NCBI GenBank assembly: GCA_043808585.1
Contig: JAZDES010000221.1
Coordinates: forward strand, 11,380-75,379
DNA from: Pseudomonadota bacterium
GTDB lineage: Bacteria; Desulfobacterota; DSM-4660; Desulfatiglandales; Desulfatiglandaceae
Length of the DNA stretch: 64,000 bases
Reading direction: 5' to 3'
The notes under the pieces were generated by a model. It was not told the origin of the DNA and did not search any database. It was given only the letters and a program-made list of their open reading frames with translations. Made by a program: the position numbers and the translations under genes. Shown here piece after piece: positions 60,448 through 64,000 of this stretch; positions within the stretch are counted from its first letter, which is position 1, and the number at the start of each line of letters is the position of its first letter.

Positions 60448-60873
60448 CTATGGTTCAAGGTTTCCTTGATCTCTTGTAGTTTTTGCGGTCCTGTGCTCCT
60501 CAAAAGGAAAAACGCTCCTTGCCTTATGGAAAAACCTCGTAATCAGTTCCTTCTGGATGGTCAGGGTCTGGACCCATCGCCAGAGGCACTCTTTTCCCAT
60601 TTCAGTAAGATAGTATTGCCGCTTGGCAGGGCCTTTATCCGGCGTATCCCATCTGGAGGACAACATCCCCCTCAGTTCAAGGAGTTTGAGATGCCGGTAT
60701 AAGCCTGTAATATTAATTGTAATTTTAAGGTCATCCATATTTTTTTTCAAAATTTGCTTTATTTTATAACCGTGGGTTCCCTCATGGTTATAAAGCGTCA
60801 AGAGTATCCATGGGGCCGTGAAGTAGCTCATATTTTTCCCGGAACAGGGGCAATCCTCAAACCTAATAGACAT
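60448..60873 (-). CDS. PadR-family transcriptional regulator with N-terminal CPC motif
   Basis: MSIRFEDCPCSGKNMSYFTAPWILLTLYNHEGTHGYKI...GLYRHLKLLELRGML...KRQYYLTEMG. The start is set at the ATG at 60873, with an AGGGAGG RBS. Confidence 0.75.
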   Translation of the reverse strand: MSIRFEDCPCSGKNMSYFTAPWILLTLYNHEGTHGYKIKQILKKNMDDLKITINITGLYRHLKLLELRGMLSSRWDTPDKGPAKRQYYLTEMGKECLWRWVQTLTIQKELITRFFHKARSVFPFEEHRTAKTTRDQGNLEP

Positions 60874-60969
60874 GGTAAGATAACCTCCCTTATCAATTAT
60901 TATACCATGTATACTATAACCTAAATTCTTTTTCAACTCAAAAAGAACGTAATGGTGTAATGACTTCTG

Positions 60970-61017
60970 GGTTCCGGCCCCTGTTCAAGCCAGGGGCAGG
61001 CTTTTGGCGGGGATCAT
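60970..61017. repeat. nested-palindrome REP-like unit (variant)
   Basis: ggttccggcccctgttcaagccaggggcaggcttttggcggggatcatc. The core cccctgttcaa(g/a)ccagggg is shared with 62929-62950. Confidence 0.7.
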
Positions 61018-61157
61018 CGCTTGGACCTTGGGCACCTGTTGCTAGGGAAGGAAGATGTGACTGGGTCGATAAGTCGGTATGTAGACTTAACTCAGGTGAT
61101 TCACATTCACGGGGTGAGGGGGTATGAGGATTCAGGGGCAGGAATGGATCAGGTGCC

Positions 61158-62858
61158 TTATGAGGCGTTCAACATCTTTTCTCTCAACAGCTCTCCCAGA
61201 TTAGAGGTAGCCTTTTCCTGATTGTCGACGTAGCTCTTATGAACACCTCTTTTCGAGGTTTTTCCCAGTCTTCGGGTGGAAAGCTCAATCCTCTTATCCT
61301 CCTGCGAGACATTAACAACCTCGGCCTCTATTTCATCCTTAATCTGAAATCCCTCCATGGGATTGCCATCTTTGCGCTTGGGCAATTGGGATACGTGAAT
61401 CAGGCCCTCTATACCTTTTTCTAGTTCAACGAAGAGGCCGAAATCGGTGATGTTGATCACGGTACCGGAAACTCGGGTGCCGGGTTTGTATTTTTCTGGG
61501 ACGTCATTCCATGGGTCTGGCGTTAGTTGTTTGATTCCCAATGAAAAATGCTGATTCTTCTTGTCAATGTCCAGAATAATTGCCTGGACTTTTTCGCCTT
61601 TTTTGTAAAGCTCCGAAGGGTGATTTGTCTGTCTGGTCCATGACAGGTTAGATGTGTGGACTAGGCCATCGATCCCTTCATCAATGCCGATAAATATACC
61701 GAAATCCGTTATATCTTTTATCTTTCCCTCTATAACGGCCCCTACGGGATAGTTTTCAGCAATGGAATCCCAGGGATTTGGCTCAAGCTGCTTGATACTT
61801 AAGGCAATCCGCTCTTTGGCAACATCGATGTCTAAGACAATTGCCTCCACCGTGTTACCGGTGCTCAAGACCTCGGAGGGATGTCGAATCTTTCTTGTCC
61901 AAGACATTTCAGATATGTGAACCAGGCCTCCCACCCCTTCTTCCAGTTCCAAGAAGGCCCCGTACTTTTTCAGGCTCGCGACACGTCCTGTGACTCTGGT
62001 CCCCACTGGATATTTATCTTCAACTATGCTCCATGGGCTGGGGGTTAGCTGTTTGATGCCGAGGGACACCCTTTTCCTCTCTCTATCGATGTTCAGAATC
62101 TTGACCGTGACCTTGTCACCAATCTTATATGCCTCTGAAGGATGGCCGACCTTGCCCCAAGACATGTTGGTAATATGAACATGGCCGTCAATGCCGCCCA
62201 GATCGATAAACAAACCATAATCGGTAATGCTTGTAACCGTCCCGGGAATCGCAGAACCCTCCTCGAGGCTTTCAAGAGTTTCTTCCAGCAAGGCCATCCT
62301 CTCCGCCTCTAAAACGGCCCGGCGGGATACCACGATATTCCCTTGTTCTTTTTCGTACTTTATGATCCTAAAATCGTGCTCCGTGCCAATCAGGCGATCC
62401 AAGTTTTTGACTGGCGGCAAATCGGCCTGAGATCCTGGCAAGAAAGCCCGCAGACCAATATCTACAAAAAGTCCGCCTTTAACCTTTGAAATGATTTTCC
62501 CTCTTACAATACCCTCCGTTTTATAGGCATTTTCTATGTCATCCCATAGCTTGACTTTCGCTGCCTTCTCCTTGGAGAGAATGACCCGCCCTTCTTCATC
62601 CTCTTTTCGCACCAAAAGGACTTCTATTTCGTCACCCACCGTGGCTGTCACATGACCATCAGAATCAATAAATTCAGCGATCCGAACTGTTCCTTCTGAT
62701 TTGTAACCAATATCAACCAGAACATATTCCTGGTCTATTTGAAGGATCTGCCCTTTGACAACTTTCCCCTCCTGGATGCTCTTGAAGCTCTCTTCGTATA
62801 ATTCCATAAAGTTAGAGCTGGCTGGGGTGTTTTCCAAGGAAAATCCGTTTTCTGCCAT
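61158..62858 (-). CDS. rpsA: 30S ribosomal protein S1
   Basis: There are six S1 OB-fold repeats (e.g. GKVVKGQILQIDQEYVLVDIG, GTRVTGRVASLKKYGAFLEL). The start is set at MAENGFSLEN (62858). The ORF-track N-terminal extension reads through the REP-like repeat. Confidence 0.92.
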   Translation of the reverse strand: MAENGFSLENTPASSNFMELYEESFKSIQEGKVVKGQILQIDQEYVLVDIGYKSEGTVRIAEFIDSDGHVTATVGDEIEVLLVRKEDEEGRVILSKEKAAKVKLWDDIENAYKTEGIVRGKIISKVKGGLFVDIGLRAFLPGSQADLPPVKNLDRLIGTEHDFRIIKYEKEQGNIVVSRRAVLEAERMALLEETLESLEEGSAIPGTVTSITDYGLFIDLGGIDGHVHITNMSWGKVGHPSEAYKIGDKVTVKILNIDRERKRVSLGIKQLTPSPWSIVEDKYPVGTRVTGRVASLKKYGAFLELEEGVGGLVHISEMSWTRKIRHPSEVLSTGNTVEAIVLDIDVAKERIALSIKQLEPNPWDSIAENYPVGAVIEGKIKDITDFGIFIGIDEGIDGLVHTSNLSWTRQTNHPSELYKKGEKVQAIILDIDKKNQHFSLGIKQLTPDPWNDVPEKYKPGTRVSGTVINITDFGLFVELEKGIEGLIHVSQLPKRKDGNPMEGFQIKDEIEAEVVNVSQEDKRIELSTRRLGKTSKRGVHKSYVDNQEKATSNLGELLREKMLNAS

Positions 62859-62907
62859 TTGATCTGTTCCTCTTCCCATCAACGCGAGTACCCCCCAAAA
62901 TTTATCT

Positions 62908-62983
62908 GTGATTCCTGCGAAAAGCCTGCCCCTGTTCAAACCAGGGGCAGCCTCTTCGCAGGAATGACAGAACTTTGGACTGT
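62908..62983. repeat. nested-palindrome REP-like unit
   Basis: The outer arms are attcctgcgaa / ttcgcaggaat, the inner arms ctgcccctg / caggggcag, and the tail is gacagaactttggact. Confidence 0.8.
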
Positions 62984-62999
62984 CTAGTTTCTAAGATTT

Positions 63000-63040
63000 G
63001 AAATAAAAGGGCATCTCGTATCAACGCGACAAGATGCCCT
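63000..63040 (-). terminator. intrinsic terminator downstream of cspA
   Basis: The minus-strand stem agggcatct-N15-agatgccct is followed by ttttattt. Confidence 0.6.
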
Positions 63041-63061
63041 AAATAATCGAATTGAAGCGAA

Positions 63062-63262
63062 TTACAATCTATTAACGTTCTTGGCCGCAGGTCCTCGGGT
63101 GCCTTCTTCTATCTCAAAGCTGACCCGCTCACCCTCACCTAGGCTCTTGAATCCGGCCATGTTGATGGCTGAGTGGTGAACAAATACGTCACCGCCGTCT
63201 TCCCGCTCAATAAAACCGAATCCCTTTTTGTCGCTGAACCACTTCACGGTTCCTTTTTCCAT
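63062..63262 (-). CDS. cspA: cold-shock protein (CspA family)
   Basis: [33 protein letters not shown] carries the RNP1/RNP2 motifs. The start is set at the ATG at 63262, with an aggagg RBS. Confidence 0.92.
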   Translation of the reverse strand: MEKGTVKWFSDKKGFGFIEREDGGDVFVHHSAINMAGFKSLGEGERVSFEIEEGTRGPAAKNVNRL

Positions 63263-63401
63263 AGGGCTAACCTCCTTTCTGAGAATCCATGCTCCCAAAA
63301 AATCAGGTTGCCGTTCTGGTCAAGGACCCCTTGAAAGCAGTGTACAACCCTCGAAACAACTAAAAACTAATCGTTCGAACAAATTTTTGAAGCAATAATA
63401 C

Positions 63402-63432
63402 ATTATATTAACCATATAATCTTGAATGTCAA
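63402..63432 (-). promoter_or_regulatory. candidate sigma-70 promoter of cspA with long 5' UTR
   Basis: The minus strand has TTGACA (63427-63432) and TATAAT (63402-63407). The 19-nt spacer is longer than optimal. The implied UTR of about 130 nt is typical for csp genes. Confidence 0.35.
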
Positions 63433-63690
63433 CACAAAAACCCAAAAGACAGCACTCCGAAATTGGCCCGTTGCTTGACCTTCACAAAGAAACCATAAAT
63501 TCCAGCACCTGACCCTTTCTAACATCCACCAAACCTTCTTCAGAAAGCCGCAAGAATGGGATCGAAATCCCAGGGCCGCGGCCTTCTCCTGAATCCGCCT
63601 TAACCCACGAGCCAGTGCCTCGATGACGTGGGTATCGGGCCCATATGTTTTGGTTCCTGATCCTTTATGTTCTTGTTTCTTCCTGTTCTT

Positions 63691-63718
63691 CAATCGACAA
63701 TCGACAATCGTCAATCCT
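63691..63718. repeat. four tandem heptamers (caatcga caatcga caatcgt caatcct)
   Basis: This period-7 repeat is the reverse complement of the ATTGnCG type seen at 3875 and 35794. Confidence 0.7.
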
Positions 63719-64000
63719 ATAGAGACCCGGTGAAATTGTGACAGCAAAGACTGGACTATAATCCCGTTATTTTCAATCCCTTAATTAATCGTTCAAACCT
63801 TCAGCTATGCTGATGGTCCGAGCTTTGCCATATTGAAGAATGGCCCGCACAACGATTAGCGGAACCGTTTCCATGTCAGCAACAACGTTGACATTATCCA
63901 TGGGGCACTATACCTTCTGTTTCTACTCCTACGGGTGACGAAAAACGGGTGATCAGGCATTGGTGGTTTCAGATATGCCTCAGCATCCCGACATCCATGG

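Noticed and set aside
63403-63747. 114-aa minus-strand ORF
   Set aside because: It covers the putative cspA promoter and the heptamer repeat, and its sequence is low-complexity.
1-64000. Mobile elements, prophage, toxin-antitoxin or classical defence islands, rRNA and tRNA genes
   Set aside because: I looked for transposase or integrase-like ORFs, tRNA-like cloverleaf regions and rRNA. None was recognisable. The only repeat classes are the REP-like palindromes, the heptamer arrays and the 427-645 inverted-repeat unit.

Overview
This is a 64-kb, densely coded chromosomal segment of roughly 50% GC by eye. I found no rRNA, tRNA, CRISPR array, transposase, integrase or prophage genes. The gene content suggests a strictly anaerobic Desulfobacterota/Syntrophia-like bacterium, which is an inference only: many sigma-54 enhancer-binding proteins and orphan receiver proteins, HdrA/MvhD-type selenoproteins, a tungsten-type aldehyde:ferredoxin oxidoreductase, a NIL-ferredoxin and an SLC13 transporter.

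Layout:
- 1-16.6 kb: housekeeping genes (alr, aminotransferase, pfk, ispG, proS, relA/spoT, rpmB, mpl), an NtrC-type two-component pair and a transporter.
- 16.9-24.9 kb: a signalling island. Two sigma-54-driven operons flank a Lon protease that lacks the N-terminal substrate domain and carries an inserted receiver domain. Six proteins in these operons share a short reiterated A-A-x-F-A-E-A-G-E...A-K-E module that I cannot assign to a named domain.
- 25-31 kb: a TauE-like exporter, a CBS protein and a kinase/receiver cluster.
- 31-45.6 kb: gdh, a GAF-ANTAR regulator with a terminator-containing leader, and a large redox cluster. The cluster holds a GltB-like FMN protein, ferredoxins, AOR, a double-length HdrA-like protein, an MvhD-like protein, an HdrC/GltD fusion and a PurF-like protein without the Cys nucleophile.
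- 46-50 kb: regulators, a cyclase and an OsmC-like protein.
- 50.5-55.2 kb: a minus-strand operon combining a coiled-coil-less SMC head ATPase, a TSCPD-phosphoesterase fusion, two UxxC thioredoxin-fold proteins, a YkgJ Cys-cluster protein and a Rossmann protein.
- 55.7-63.3 kb: an ECF transporter with thioredoxin, G3E GTPase and PadR genes, then rpsA and cspA.

Four in-frame TGA codons (hdrA-like, mvhD-like and the two UxxC proteins) are best read as selenocysteine. Each sits at a conserved Cys position and is followed by a hairpin with GGU in the loop. Intergenic regions carry a family of nested palindromic REP-like repeats and several period-7 tandem repeats. All calls come from reading the sequence and from motif knowledge; no searches were run.
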